This document shows positions 13,177-24,005 of a stretch of 58,925 nucleotides of DNA, piece after piece. This DNA comes from Chromera velia. Taxonomy: Eukaryota. Position 1 is the first letter of the stretch; the number at the start of each line of letters is the position of its first letter. The notes under the pieces were generated by a model. It searched no databases, had not been told where the DNA came from, and was given only the letters and a program-made list of their open reading frames with translations. The stretch spans positions 1 to 58,925 of the forward strand of contig JAHBMJ010000043.1 in assembly GCA_018398765.1 (NCBI GenBank). Reading direction: 5' to 3'. The position numbers and the translations under genes are program-made.

Positions 13177-15372
13177 AACAGACAGAGAGACAGACGCAGA
13201 GACCAAGACACGGAGACCCAGCGACACAGCGACGAAACAAGCATGACATTTCAGCAGAAAGCAGACTTCAAATACCCCTCCGAGAAAAAAGCCTTTTCTT
13301 CTTTCGTCTTTCCGTCTGACTCTCCTCCCAGACCCCCACCGTGAGTCGAATCGGTTTGGGCTGATTGAAGGAATGGACTCTCGTCGCGATCGTTCCATCC
13401 CTTCCCTTCTTCTCTCATCCCCCCCCCATGCCCCTCGATAACCTCTTTGTGAGAACCCACCCATACGCAACCGACCGATGCTTCAATCTGCTCGTCCTTC
13501 TTCTTGCCCATTTCCAGAATGCCCCAGTCGGGGCTGGGGATCACCTGCAATCAGGCAATCAAACAGACACACAGACAAAGAGACAGACAGTAAGCGGGTC
13601 AATCAGGAAGGTCATTCTAACATGAGGTCAGGAAATTGAGGTTCAAAGTGACAAAGAACTGATTTTTTCTTTGAGCTCAAACATAAGGCAGCACAAAGAG
13701 CACAACCATACGCACACCTACAACTACACCCTTACACACAGAGACACACACAAACATTCAAACACACTCACACACATTTCTGTCTATGTGCCAGATGCAT
13801 GCCGACCGACAGACCGACCTCTTGGAGTCTCTCCATAATCTGTTCTTTTGTTCTCTTCTTGAAGTCGAGGGGAAGAGCACAGACAAAGAAGGGCCGCCTC
13901 TTATTGCCCGAAGGACCCCGACGCATCGGCCGCACACCCCCGAGCAAAAGCCGGCGCAGCCTCCACGCGGCTCCGTCCTTTGCAGCCTCGTCGAGATCAT
14001 CCTCTGTTCCCTGCATTCATTTGTTTCGCATTTTGTTTGACCTTCGCCATTGGATTCCTTTTTGTCGTGTATGCTAGAGGGAAAGGATGCTCAAATGACC
14101 CATGCGGGTGTTCAGTTCCCGGCATAGACAGAGATGCACACCCACGAGCGATGAAAAGACAGGAACACTGTCAGTCACTTAGGCAACGGAGATCTGAGCG
14201 CCCCTCTCTGTTTCGCGTCAATGGAAAGAGGCGCACACAGACCGTTGAACTGCGAAAAAGATATTCGTTCTGAGCATGCAGGAACTTTTTAGGATTTACG
14301 TGCATGGCAGGAAGGAGAGAAAGAAAAAAGGAGAGAAAAGGAGAACGCCTTCAAGGGTAATTAAAGGAGAGCTTGCACAAGCGGAGAGAGAAGAGACAGA
14401 GACATCTGACAAGAATGGATGAAACGGCAAGGGAAAAAGCGAGGAAAATGGATGCTCGAACTGGCTGAAATAGAAAAACGCAGCCCAACGCACCGTCATG
14501 GGCGAGAGGTCCTCGTCGAAGGTGTTGCCTGGCTGCACAGAAAATTCATTCAATCAGGTGGGCATCCAGACAGCCCAAAAACTAATTGAAGTAAGGATTG
14601 ACGCATGATAAGAGAGGTGAAGAGGTAGTTACAAAAACAATTACACTTTGAAGCAAGTGGAAAGCCGGAGAGATAGGCAGACAAACAAACAGACAGGCAG
14701 AAAGGCGCACACGCGAGCAGACAGAGAGATAGGTAGACAGACTACAGCAAAAAGAAAGAAAGAAAGAAAGAAAGAAGCCGCGCACGCGCCCGCGCGCGCG
14801 CGAGAGAGAGAGAGAGAAAGAAAGAACAAAAGGCCGGCATGCATGCATGCATGCAGGCAGGGAAGGAGACAGACAAATAGACACTCAGAGAAGCACAACG
14901 ACATGTACATGCATGCACACTCACAGCAAATTTCGTATGGACTTGGAGAGCAGAGAAGCCCAAAAGCGCAGATGTTGCGTTGCCCTGCATCCGGAATGGC
15001 ATTCAAGATTTTTTCTTTTGAAAAATAATTGAGAGATGTTGGTGGGGGGGGGGGTTGAGGGAAACGAAGAGGTGAAAAAAAAGAGGGAGGCCACACGTAC
15101 CTCCACATGCGTTGGAGCCTCCCTCAGCTCCAACAAGACAGGGGGGTGTCCGCCTGCAAACCACAGGTTCATGATCGAACATAGGCTCATCAAGCGAGGA
15201 CGATCGTACATAGGTTCATATTTGAAGCAAACGGGATGCAAAGAATTGAAAGTTCAGAGCATGCAAATGAAGAGGGCGACAGAACAACAAAGAAAAAACA
15301 ATGCTACTGCATGTGTGAGCCCTGTTGTTTCCTCTCAATCACCTTTATGGATCGGCTGCTGTCCCTGAACAT
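808..15372 (-). CDS. Multi-exon gene, ~1,050+ aa: N-terminal region, DRE-TIM/HMGL-like metallo-barrel, C-terminal ankyrin repeats (5' end unresolved)
   Basis: Hand-spliced GT-AG exons with consistent phases: 15343-15372, 15101-15153, 14494-14532, 13819-14010, 13476-13544, 12314-12466, 11884-12100, 11448-11609, 10721-10908, 10228-10342, 9754-9821, 9213-9383, 8894-9013, 8656-8737, 8241-8338, 7684-7798, 7235-7296, 6751-6869, 6271-6309, 5892-5984, 5225-5594, 4646-4750, 4005-4112, 2950-3002, 2408-2471, 1775-1873, 1321-1419, 808-888 (TGA). Motifs: PLVQ|DQTIRE (DRE helix), [25 protein letters not shown]...GGDGVWS...AGHNA (HxH metal site). Ankyrin repeats include [36 protein letters not shown]. Exons above 12.5 kb are less certain, and an N gap lies in one intron. 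Confidence 0.8.
2478..2710. repeat. Compound intronic (CA)n/(CT)n microsatellite
   Basis: Alternating CA and CT runs directly visible; explains the spurious HT/SL and VC/ER ORFs. Confidence 0.95.
3270..3745. repeat. Compound intronic (CTTT)n then (CATT)n microsatellite
   Basis: About 215 bp of TTTC units followed by about 250 bp of TTCA/TTCG units. Confidence 0.95.
12480..13200. repeat. Intronic (CA)n/(CAGA)n microsatellite block with assembly gap (N 12534-12691)
   Basis: Visible CA and GACA runs; internal duplication of GACTATATGTTTCTTCTTCT...TTCTTCATGA (~12810 and ~13008). Confidence 0.9.
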
Positions 15373-17187
15373 CTGTTGAGAAGGTCAGGGTGCACAGACA
15401 CACAAAAGTCTGCCAAAAACCCATTTTCCAGAGGACAGCGTCACAAGAAAAACCTCTCAACCCTGGTTTCTGTTTCTGTTGGTAAGATTCTAGTTGTGCT
15501 TTTAGTTCTTCTTTTCCTTTTCTGCACTGCAAGCGCCGACACGAAGACAAAGAGAATGCCAAAGTCGTGTACCTCTGGATTTTTTCTCAGAGTTGCCTTA
15601 ATTCATTAAAGGTGGAAACACCGAGCAGAGCTTAATTGAGCGGTACCGAGACGTTGCGCTGTACTATGCATATATGGCGTCTCGCCCGGCCCGAATTAAT
15701 CACCTTTTCAATGCATGTGTGCATGCACAATTTTTGATTTTTTAAAAAAAATAATTAAGTCAGTGAGTTCGCGCGCATTCGCGCGCGGAGTGAGTGGGAC
15801 TACCCATCACCCCGAAGGGTGATGTGTACTCGGCGCACAGGCGCACCGCAACCAAACTATAAACCATAAACCCACTATATATAACGCCAACAAAACGGAC
15901 CAACAACTATGCATATGCCTAGCATTGGGGGGGCTAGCCGTGTTTGGTGTATCCTGCACAGAGGCGCACCTCGACCATAAATCATAAACTCACCAAACCA
16001 AGACCATATTTGGTATACCCTTTAAAAAAACACACTCTAATTAAACATTATGATAAAAAATAAACTATAAACAAACGTTATCGTGTCCGTCCGACAGCTA
16101 CCGACAGCTAATATATGCCTTGATGTCCCAAACTATCCTTGAAATACAAAATTTCTGTTCCTAGCAGGGATTTGCCTCAATGTGGTTTAAGTAGAATGTA
16201 TGCACTCCTCATGTAATTAATGGGGTTATTGGTTTTAGCCATTTTTTAACTCAAATATGTATGAACTCAAATTGGTACTAATTATTAAGAAAAACATCAA
16301 ATTTACTCAACGTACCCTCTTTAAATTTTGGCTTATAAGATTTTACATACAGTAAGGTATACTGTGATCGGGAAAATAACGTAGCTTGGGTAAGCTCGGG
16401 CGCATTTTGCGCAAAACCATGCAGAACTCTATGAAAAAAGAACCCTATGTAAGTGAATCAATTATTTGACATGTATGAAAGCATGTGATTGGTTGTGTAT
16501 GATGCATGAGCTGGTGCATGAGAATCATGAGCAATCATGGAGCAAAAGGCATTGATGATCAGTCAAAGAGATGATGATCATCAGATGATAAGAGAATGCG
16601 CAGAGAGGGTGGGGGCGGGTGAGCAAAAGGGAGAGGCAGAAAGAGACTTCACAAGGGACACTGATACAGAGAGTCAGACAGAATTGCGCGAAGATGTTTT
16701 CAGAGGGATCGGCAAGCCTAGGCTAACAGCAAAGCGGATGCGTCGAGCAGCAGACGGACAACGTCAGGTCCAGAGAAAGCTTAGGTCATTGTGTTGAAAG
16801 ACGGAGAGAAGGGCGTAGACAGAAGCAAACAAATCCAGCCCAATCATGAAAGACGCGCTAAGAGGAGGTCATGTATAGGAAAGGACATAGAGAAGCACAA
16901 GGAAAACGGCGGTGAAAGCGACAATGATGTACTCCGACCGAGTTCACTCAGGTCCAGTCCACATTCGATTGTAAGGAGACGCACACTCGCATTGCAACAC
17001 AGTGTGTGTCAAGGAGAGTCGAAATGGGTCTCTTGAAACACAGTGTTACTCGGCAGATTGGAACTTACGAAGGCTTGCATGCGCCGGGCAAAAATTCTGG
17101 CGCAGCTTCAACGATTGAACTTTAAAGACATGCATGCTCCGTCGTCTGACAGCGCGTTGAAAAACCCGTGGTAATCGCTCTGCACGA

Positions 17188-17814
17188 TTACCAAAGCCAC
17201 CAGGGGATTTTGGCAATGTAGTCACCCAGAGTTTCGGACTCCTCGATAACCTCTGCTGAGATCATTTTTTGGTTGGGAGTGAATTCATATTTTGCTTGAA
17301 ATTGTTTGCGGTCTTTGGGAGTCGGGGTGACGCACACATCCAGCTTCTCAGTCGACTGGGCATCTCCTTCGCAGTTGGGATCTGGGTTGCCCGGGCTTCC
17401 AAAAAGGGTGTACCACTTCTTGCAGTCCGTCATGACACCATTTGTGCACACGTCCTTCCTGTAGCGGACCCTCGGATCTCTGAAAGTCTTTTCCAATTCG
17501 CCTGGCATTCCCGTGCCCAAACAGGTGATATATTGCCCTCGAATGTACACCGCAGTGAGCCTGCAAAACGTTTTCGTCCCATTTTCTTCTTCTTGAAGAA
17601 GAGCACTCTCATTTTCTGACCCTTGAGTACGCGTGTCTATCAATTTGGGGTCGAGCAACGCGGTGAGAATGTCTTCATCTTGTCCTTGCAGAAAAGAGGT
17701 CTCCAGGGGAGCGATGTTTCCGTGCTGCTGCTTTTGTGCAAGTTGCAGGCCAAGTGCAGTCCTACAGGGCCCTAAGGAAAAAAGTGAGCACAAAAAAAGG
17801 AGCCAATGTCTCAT
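17188..17814 (-). CDS. Single-exon secreted protein, 208 aa: signal peptide, SFLQ-containing pro-region, 6-Cys C-terminal domain
   Basis: ATG-to-TAA ORF in non-repetitive DNA. Hydrophobic N-terminus MRHWLLFLCSLFSLGPCRTALG; ETSFLQ and SALLQ motifs; six Cys after residue ~80. Confidence 0.8.
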   Translation of the reverse strand: MRHWLLFLCSLFSLGPCRTALGLQLAQKQQHGNIAPLETSFLQGQDEDILTALLDPKLIDTRTQGSENESALLQEEENGTKTFCRLTAVYIRGQYITCLGTGMPGELEKTFRDPRVRYRKDVCTNGVMTDCKKWYTLFGSPGNPDPNCEGDAQSTEKLDVCVTPTPKDRKQFQAKYEFTPNQKMISAEVIEESETLGDYIAKIPWWLW

Positions 17815-18486
17815 GATGTAACTGTATTTGACAACTGAGTTTCACCCGTTTTATTTTTTTTTTTGCTCTTTTTTTTTTCTGAACCACCACAGCTCAAAAC
17901 CTTTCTTTTGCCGCTTTGTCACGGCAGAGAAGCCAGCGCACACTTTCTCGTGAATGCTCACTGACGAGCGAATGTGCTATGGTTGCGTCCCCTGATCGTC
18001 CTCTGCCAGCTTCACCGAAAGGTATACACACACTTCGAAAGCATGCATGAATTGATGTGCCGTCTCATTCGATCGGTACGTAGTGCATGCATGCGCTTGA
18101 AAAAAAAAACTCGATCTTTAATTTCATTTTTTTTACCGCGCAATTAAAGCGGAATTCGCTCGTTCGTGCGCGCGCGTGAACCGCGCGCTCTATCGTTTTT
18201 TTGGCCGCGCGACACGGATCGATCTGACATGCAGTGAATGACAGTGATTCTGGAGTCATGCATGGCACTGAGGCGATGTTGAGGCATGTTGAGGCGTCTT
18301 AATTTTGAATTCTTTTGATGCTGTGTCATGCATGTGTCATGCACTAAGATCGCCTGCATCTGCACAATTATACAGGTAGCTGGCTACGTTCACATGGTTC
18401 TGTTTCCTTGCTCATCAGGGTGAACAGCGCCTGTGATTCGCAGACAGCGTCTTAATTTCGGAGTGGAGAAGTCAATCTGATCCACC
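17815..18486. promoter_or_regulatory. Divergent promoter region with clustered (T)GCATGC(A)-type motifs
   Basis: GCATGCATG at ~18040, TGCATGCATGC at ~18084, CATGCATG at ~18257 and ~18327, between head-to-head genes. TGCATGCA is an established ApiAP2-bound element in apicomplexans; function here is inferred. Confidence 0.4.
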
Positions 18487-18516
18487 ATGATCCACCGAAG
18501 AAGGTAGCGTAGATTT

Positions 18517-20789
18517 GTGTTGCCTCGAAACGGCCCTGTTCTTCCTGTCGACAATCATGGTGCAGTTAGGAGAATTCAACACATGCTCTGTGCAACTGGA
18601 GTTCTTGGCCTTCGTTTGTTTTGGAAGATCTCAAATCTTTCGAAAGACCTTCTTAAGCTTCGGGACGATACCACAGTCTCGGGACTTGGCAGTGTCCTTT
18701 TGTGCCTTCCTTCTGTATTTGAGAGGAGGCACCTGCAGGCACTCGTCCTGGACTGCATCGAGCGGGACGATGCAAATTCTCTCCAGCAGCTTTTTGCGCT
18801 TGAAGGCGTCGAGGGTAGTGTCCCCGGGCTCATTCGACACGCGCAAGGCAAACCCCAATGCCTTAATCTTCTCCTTAGCAGAGCCAAAGGAGGGTTTGGA
18901 TTTCTCTCTCCCCCCTCCGATCTCTCCAGCGACGTTCTCTGCAGCCTCACCAGAGAGGCATTGAGTGGGCTGATTGACAATCATGTCATCAAACCCACTT
19001 CTTGGATGCAAATCACAGCAGAAGAGAATCGAATGCAATTCCCAGACTCACCAGACGACGCTCTTCCAAAAATGTGGAACGTTTTCTGGACTCCCCTGCT
19101 CAGCGTTCTCCTCGAAGCACGCAATTTTGAGTGTGCAGAGCTGCTGCTGGAGAGGGGGGCGCGAGTTGACGTCTGTGACTGGGAGGTGGAGAACAATCCA
19201 CGCTGGCCTGTGAAGCAGGCCCCTTCCGGGGATCCGAATGATGATGGGGATTGGGGGGATGAGTTTTATCGTTGGGAAGACGGGATGTCTTTTCCTGCCA
19301 GAAGCCCACTTCTTGTTCTTGTGTGGGCGTTGGAAATCCTCCAACCTGGCTCCTCCCAGAGAGCCGAGGGTCTTGCGTTGCTTCGAAAGCTCGCGTCCGA
19401 AGCGAAAGAGAGGGGGTGTCTTGACTGGACCGCCTCTCTTCCTGGAACAGTGTTCTGTGGGTGGTTTGGATCGCACGCTCCTCGAAAACGAGACTATCAA
19501 GTCTCTGCTCTGTCTCTTGCGTGCGCCTTTCTGCTCCCAGATGCAGTGGAGGTGTTGCTGTCAGCAGGGGCAAGTCGGTTCGGTTTTCCCAAGGGGGTTG
19601 CAGTTGAATGCGACAGCCTCTTTCGCATGGCCACTCTCCCCGGGGAATACCGAGAAGCCTCCCATGACGCAGAGTACAAAGCTCGGAGGCTTCAAGTCAT
19701 TGAGAAGCTTGCAGATGCAGGGGGCCAGGCCGCCCTCGAGGCAGAGTGCAGCGTCGAACTGATCGGTCGCAGCAAGGAAGAGGCAGACGAAGGAAAGGTG
19801 TGCACTCTGCTGTACTTCGCATGCTGGAATGGGGATGGGGGGTTGGTGGAATTTCTTTTGCGTCGTGGAGTGTCCCTGCAGAATGGGGCACGTGTACGGA
19901 AAGAGAGTGAGAAAAAGAGCGAGGAGAAAAGATATTCGCCTCTACTGATTGCGATTGTCGAAGGAAATCTTCCCGTTGCCACTGTATTGCTGGAAGGAGG
20001 GGCAGACCCTTCCCAGGCCGGGGAAGTTCCTGTCAGAAATCCGAGGGAGTGGGGGGGCTGCTCTAGTCTGTCCCCCCTTGTCGCTGCCCTTCTTCTCTGT
20101 ATGCGTCGCCCTCCCCCGCACGGAATAGGCAGCTTCTCACTAATCGGCCCCTTTCAACCCATCTGGACGGAGACAGAAGCGAAAGCCTTCATCAGGCTCC
20201 TCTTCGATAAGGGGGCGGTTTGCGTTGACGGGGAACAGACCGATGTGGTAGGGGAGGGAGGGACTACTGGGGTTTTTCCTGCCGCAACCGTTTCCTTGTC
20301 CCCTCTTCTCCTTTCATGCAAACTCCAGGATGACGAGCTAGTCGCCCTGTGCATCCAGAGAGGGGGGGCTGACCCAAACAGCAAGAAAGGTCGAACAGAC
20401 GACCCAGAGGGGGCACCCGGACACACGCCCCTGCTGCCTCTTGAGTACACCCTACTTCAGCTATGGGATGTGAAGTTCAACGCGCACGGGTCTTTGCCGG
20501 TTCCAGGAGGTCCGCAGGAGACGGGCTGGAGCACGGTCGAGACCCTCATCAGGGTCAGTGAGTGGGTTGCATGACGTACGGGGGCAATGCCATCAAAGTT
20601 GAAAGTTGAATGATCAAACAGAAGCAGATGTACGTACACCAAAGTAGGCAGGAAGGCCAAGCTGAAGAGACAAGACAAATAATGTACTATTCTACAGACT
20701 CGAAGATTGCCAAAAGGTCTCCCCCACCCCTCCACCCCTCTCTCTGTGTCTGTGTGCATGTGTGTGTGGATGTAGATGTGGATGTGTGT

Positions 20790-20834
<45 letters not shown>

Positions 20835-21284
20835 CAGCTCGGGGCTCAACCAGAGCTCCTCATGGTGGGTTTCCAGGAAGCGTCATCTCGAATGCGTCCC
20901 TGGCTTTGTGTCACGATCCGTTCACCCGTCTGTCGTGGTCCCACCCTCGTTCGCATCATCTCCTGCCTTCCTTTCCATGTGTTGGAGACGAAGGACTTTT
21001 GGGGACTCGGATGGACTCCCCTCGCAAGTGCGGTCGATGAGTTTCCCGAATTGTTTGAGGTAGTTGAGGCTCTCATTCGTCGTGGGGTAGACGTGAATGC
21101 GAGTCTGCAGTGTGCTCAGAATCCATCGTTGAGTCTTCTGCAACATGCAGTGCGGGGTGGGAAGTGGAGGAGCGCTGCGGCACTCGCAGCTGCAGGGGCA
21201 AACACAGAGACGGTGAGAGAAGAATCTCGCGAAGGATGCCCTCCAGAGATCCTGCCTGTGCTGTGGCCAAATCTACAAGCCTGA
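18517..21284 (+). CDS. Two-exon ankyrin-repeat protein (~800 aa; start codon uncertain)
   Basis: 685-codon ORF with ankyrin motifs (TPLLSVLLEARNFECAELLLERGA, TLLYFACWNGDGGLVEFLLRRG, SPLLIAIVEGNLPVATVLLEGGAD). Phase-0 intron 20554-20837 (GTCAGT...TTCAG) joins VETLIR to LGAQPELL. Exon 2 has GWTPLASAV and SLLQHAVRGG; stop at 21284. Confidence 0.85.
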
Positions 21285-21536
21285 TAGACTGATCGATCTA
21301 ACTCGTATTATGTATATATAACTAACCTACAGTAGTACTTATAGATACCTATAGTAGCTTATGACTCATGATCGATGATACAGAAAGGTACACATGCAAA
21401 GGTCCAGGCAAGCGTTGCAAGATGTTTTTATTTTTAATTGAATTTTTTGAAATATATATATAGAATTTAATTAAGGTATACAGGAATGTTTTGTGATTGT
21501 AACTAGGCGTCTAGCTAGGCGTGGTCCTAGGCGTGG

Positions 21537-21813
21537 CTAGGCGTCGGCTAAGGAAAAAAAAAAAAAAATCGCCCAAAACCCTTTACTTTTTTACTTTTTC
21601 TTTTTCAATCAAGCAACTGTTGTTCAGGTGTCTAATCAGGTGTTGCACAAGTGTTGTTCTGAACTTGTTCATGTGTTGCATAAGTTAAGCAGCATAACTG
21701 TTGTTAAGTGTTGTTTAGGGCAAAAAAGTAAAAAAGAAAGAAAAAAAAAAAGATCTCCTCTATAGCTGATCGCTTATTTTTTTTCTTTTTTTTTTTCTTT
21801 AGCCGACGCCTAG
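21537..21813. mobile_element. MITE, 277 bp, CTAG termini, 8-bp TSD
   Basis: TIR CTAGGCGTCGGCTAAGGAAAA / TTTTCTTTAGCCGACGCCTAG; flanks AGGCGTGG and AGGCATGG. Confidence 0.88.
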
Positions 21814-22299
21814 AGGCATGGTCTTTAGTTAGTTTAGTTCTTTAGTTAGTTCACATTTTCTTACAAAACTAAATTAACTAACTAAATCATGATTCATGAA
21901 CTAAACTTATTGTACGTAGTCTTTAGTTCAGGTAGTTTAGTTGGGTGTGTTAAACTATAAGAGGTTTGATTACTCATTGTCCATCTCATTGTCTGAGTTA
22001 CTCTGGGTCTGACTCTAGGGGGGGGGGGCAGGAACGCTTCTCAAATCCAAAGATGAAACTAGGTTAAACCTGTTTAGTTAGTTATTTTTTTGGGGGGCAT
22101 TGACTTAAAGTTTGTTTCTAGCATTTGGCTTATGCCGCTAGGCTATGCGTCTTTCGTCTCTTCCTTCTCTCCTCGTTACTGCTCTCCCTGCTAGCTCTCT
22201 CTCTCATGCGACCTCATACTTGACACTCCTCTGTCCGAATGCCTTCTTCAGCATTTGCTAAGTGCTTCCTATCCCTCAGTCATGACCAGCGCACTGCCT

Positions 22300-23290
22300 A
22301 CTCCTTCTTCCTCCCAGCCCTCCCCTTGCACTCCTCTGGTCCCCCAAATGCACGCGCTTGCCGCTTTCAGGTGGGCAATCTGCAGTCGGGCTCGGATGTG
22401 GCCTAGGCGATGCACAGTGGTAAAAAAAAAAAAAAGACCTTTCCAGATTTTTTTTCTTTCTTTTTTTCTACGAAGGATTTCCTAGAGCACCTCTAGGAGC
22501 ACCTAGAGGAGCACCTTTTAGAAGTACTTTTAAACTAACTTCCTCGCGAACTTATTACTCCTCAAAGTTTTAAACATCTTTCAACCCTAGTTTCAACCCT
22601 AGTTTTAGTTCTAGTTGTTATTGTACGTTTGTCTGTACTAGTGTTTCTACTAGTGTCTTCACCATTCCATCATTGACTTTGTTGAACACGGACTAACCGA
22701 TCTTTTTTCCCTTGTTCAACTGCACTATCACCAGACTTTTCTCTCTTCTCTTTGCTGTGTCTGTTAAAAAAACTAACCATGTCTTCTTGTTTTCCATTCA
22801 CATTGACTTGCATCGATCGATATCCGCCCTTTCTTTCTTATAAATTCTGCAGCCACTTCAGTATCATCCCCACGATTGTAAACTGGGATCCTAGATATGA
22901 TTCAAACTCTAGTTGAAGCTAGTTATTTAACCTTTATTTTTTTTTATATATACAATAAAATTTTAAATAAATAAATAAAAAAGAATAGACGTTTTCAGAT
23001 TTTTTTTTTTTTTACCACTGTGCATCGCGTAGGATGCGACCGCACATCTTGCTCACGTGTTGCCCCCATTTCTTACTCAATCGCTCTGCCACCCTCTTCA
23101 AGAATATCTTAGCCTCCCCCTCTATCGTCCCGTCGACCGCACTCACGAGTAGGATGAAGTCGCACCGTCCACGCTTGCCTACCCATGTTTCCTCTTCTTT
23201 TCTTCTGCTGCTGCTTTGAGGGCTTGAGTCTAGGTCACCTTCTCTCTCAAGGCGGCGTGTGGGTTTATCACCCTGGTATTGAAAATTGCC
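22300..23290 (-). mobile_element. Decayed 3' fragment of a CRE-like non-LTR retrotransposon (restriction-like endonuclease C-terminus), split by the MITE at 22403-23032
   Basis: Translation across the [15 protein letters not shown]...[10 protein letters not shown]...[63 protein letters not shown], matching the CRE-type RLE consensus (FDVRV..P.A; E.EKKRKY; F.PLV.S.DG..G.EA..FLKRLA..LS.KW; R.RL....C.RG.R). Confidence 0.75.
22403..23032. mobile_element. MITE, 630 bp, CTAG termini, 8-bp TSD
   Basis: TIR CTAGGCGATGCACAGTGGTAAAAAAA / TTTTTTACCACTGTGCATCGCGTAG; flanks GATGTGGC and GATGCGAC (two transition mismatches). Removing it restores the CRE-like reading frame. Confidence 0.88.
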
Positions 23291-23335
23291 AGCCTCTGTT
23301 AGTTATTTAGTTCTCGATGGGGTCATAAACTAAAC

Positions 23336-23581
23336 CTAGGCATATCATAGCAAAACAAAATAACTCAAAAAAAAGTAAACCAGAATCTAGACCAGAATTG
23401 GCTTAAATTATTTTTTTCTTTTTTTTTTGTGCAACACCTAAGCAACACTTGTGCAACACCAAAACAACATTTACGCAACACTTAAACAACAGTTGTTTGT
23501 CACCTAATATCGTCGATCGAGCAAAAAAAAAAAAATTAAGCGAGGACAGGCTTAAATTATTTTTTTCTGTGATACGTCTAG
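23336..23581. mobile_element. MITE, 246 bp, CTAG termini, perfect 8-bp TSD
   Basis: Ends CTAGGCATATCATAGCAAAA / TTTTCTGTGATACGTCTAG; AACTAAAC on both flanks (23328-23335, 23582-23589). Confidence 0.85.
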
Positions 23582-23768
23582 AACTAAACTAACTTACTAA
23601 TTAAAGACCACGTCTAGGATTGCAAGCAGATGTGCAGTCACACATATAGTCTAGCATATAGTTTAGCACCTAATCTAGCATGTAGTCAGTTCTATAGTTT
23701 TATAAACGTTATTTAGAACGTTATTCAACATTCTAGTGAATCTGGTCACACGTACCCTGTAAAAAATA

Positions 23769-23807
23769 TTAGGATTAGGATTAGGCTAGGGATTAGGATT
23801 AGGATTA
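23769..23807 (+). repeat. Short (TTAGGA)n telomere-like hexamer tract
   Basis: ttaggattaggattaggctagggattaggattaggatta seen directly. Confidence 0.7.
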
Positions 23808-24005
23808 ATTAAGATTTATGTTCCGGGTTGCCCCGCGGTCCACTGCCAGGCCTCGACTTGCACCATCGAAAATTAAGTGATAGAAAAGCTAGTAGAAAAG
23901 TTGTCTAGGGGTACGTATTACAAAGAGAGAAAAAAAAAAGTAAATAACTCTCTTTATCATGCAGGTACTTTTTTTTTCTTTTTTTTTTAAATCTAAAACA
24001 ACTGT

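Larger units (their letters stand above)
21503..23617. mobile_element. Outer CTAG-terminus non-autonomous DNA transposon hosting three nested MITEs and a CRE-like fragment
   Basis: Left end CTAGGCGT...CTAGGCGTGG(TCTTTAGTTAG) versus right end TTAAAGACCACGTCTAG; flanks GATTGTAA (21495-21502) and GATTGCAA (23618-23625), a 7/8 TSD. Confidence 0.7.

Noticed and set aside
23769..23807. Telomere or interstitial telomeric array
   Set aside because: Only about six imperfect TTAGGA units embedded in transposon debris.
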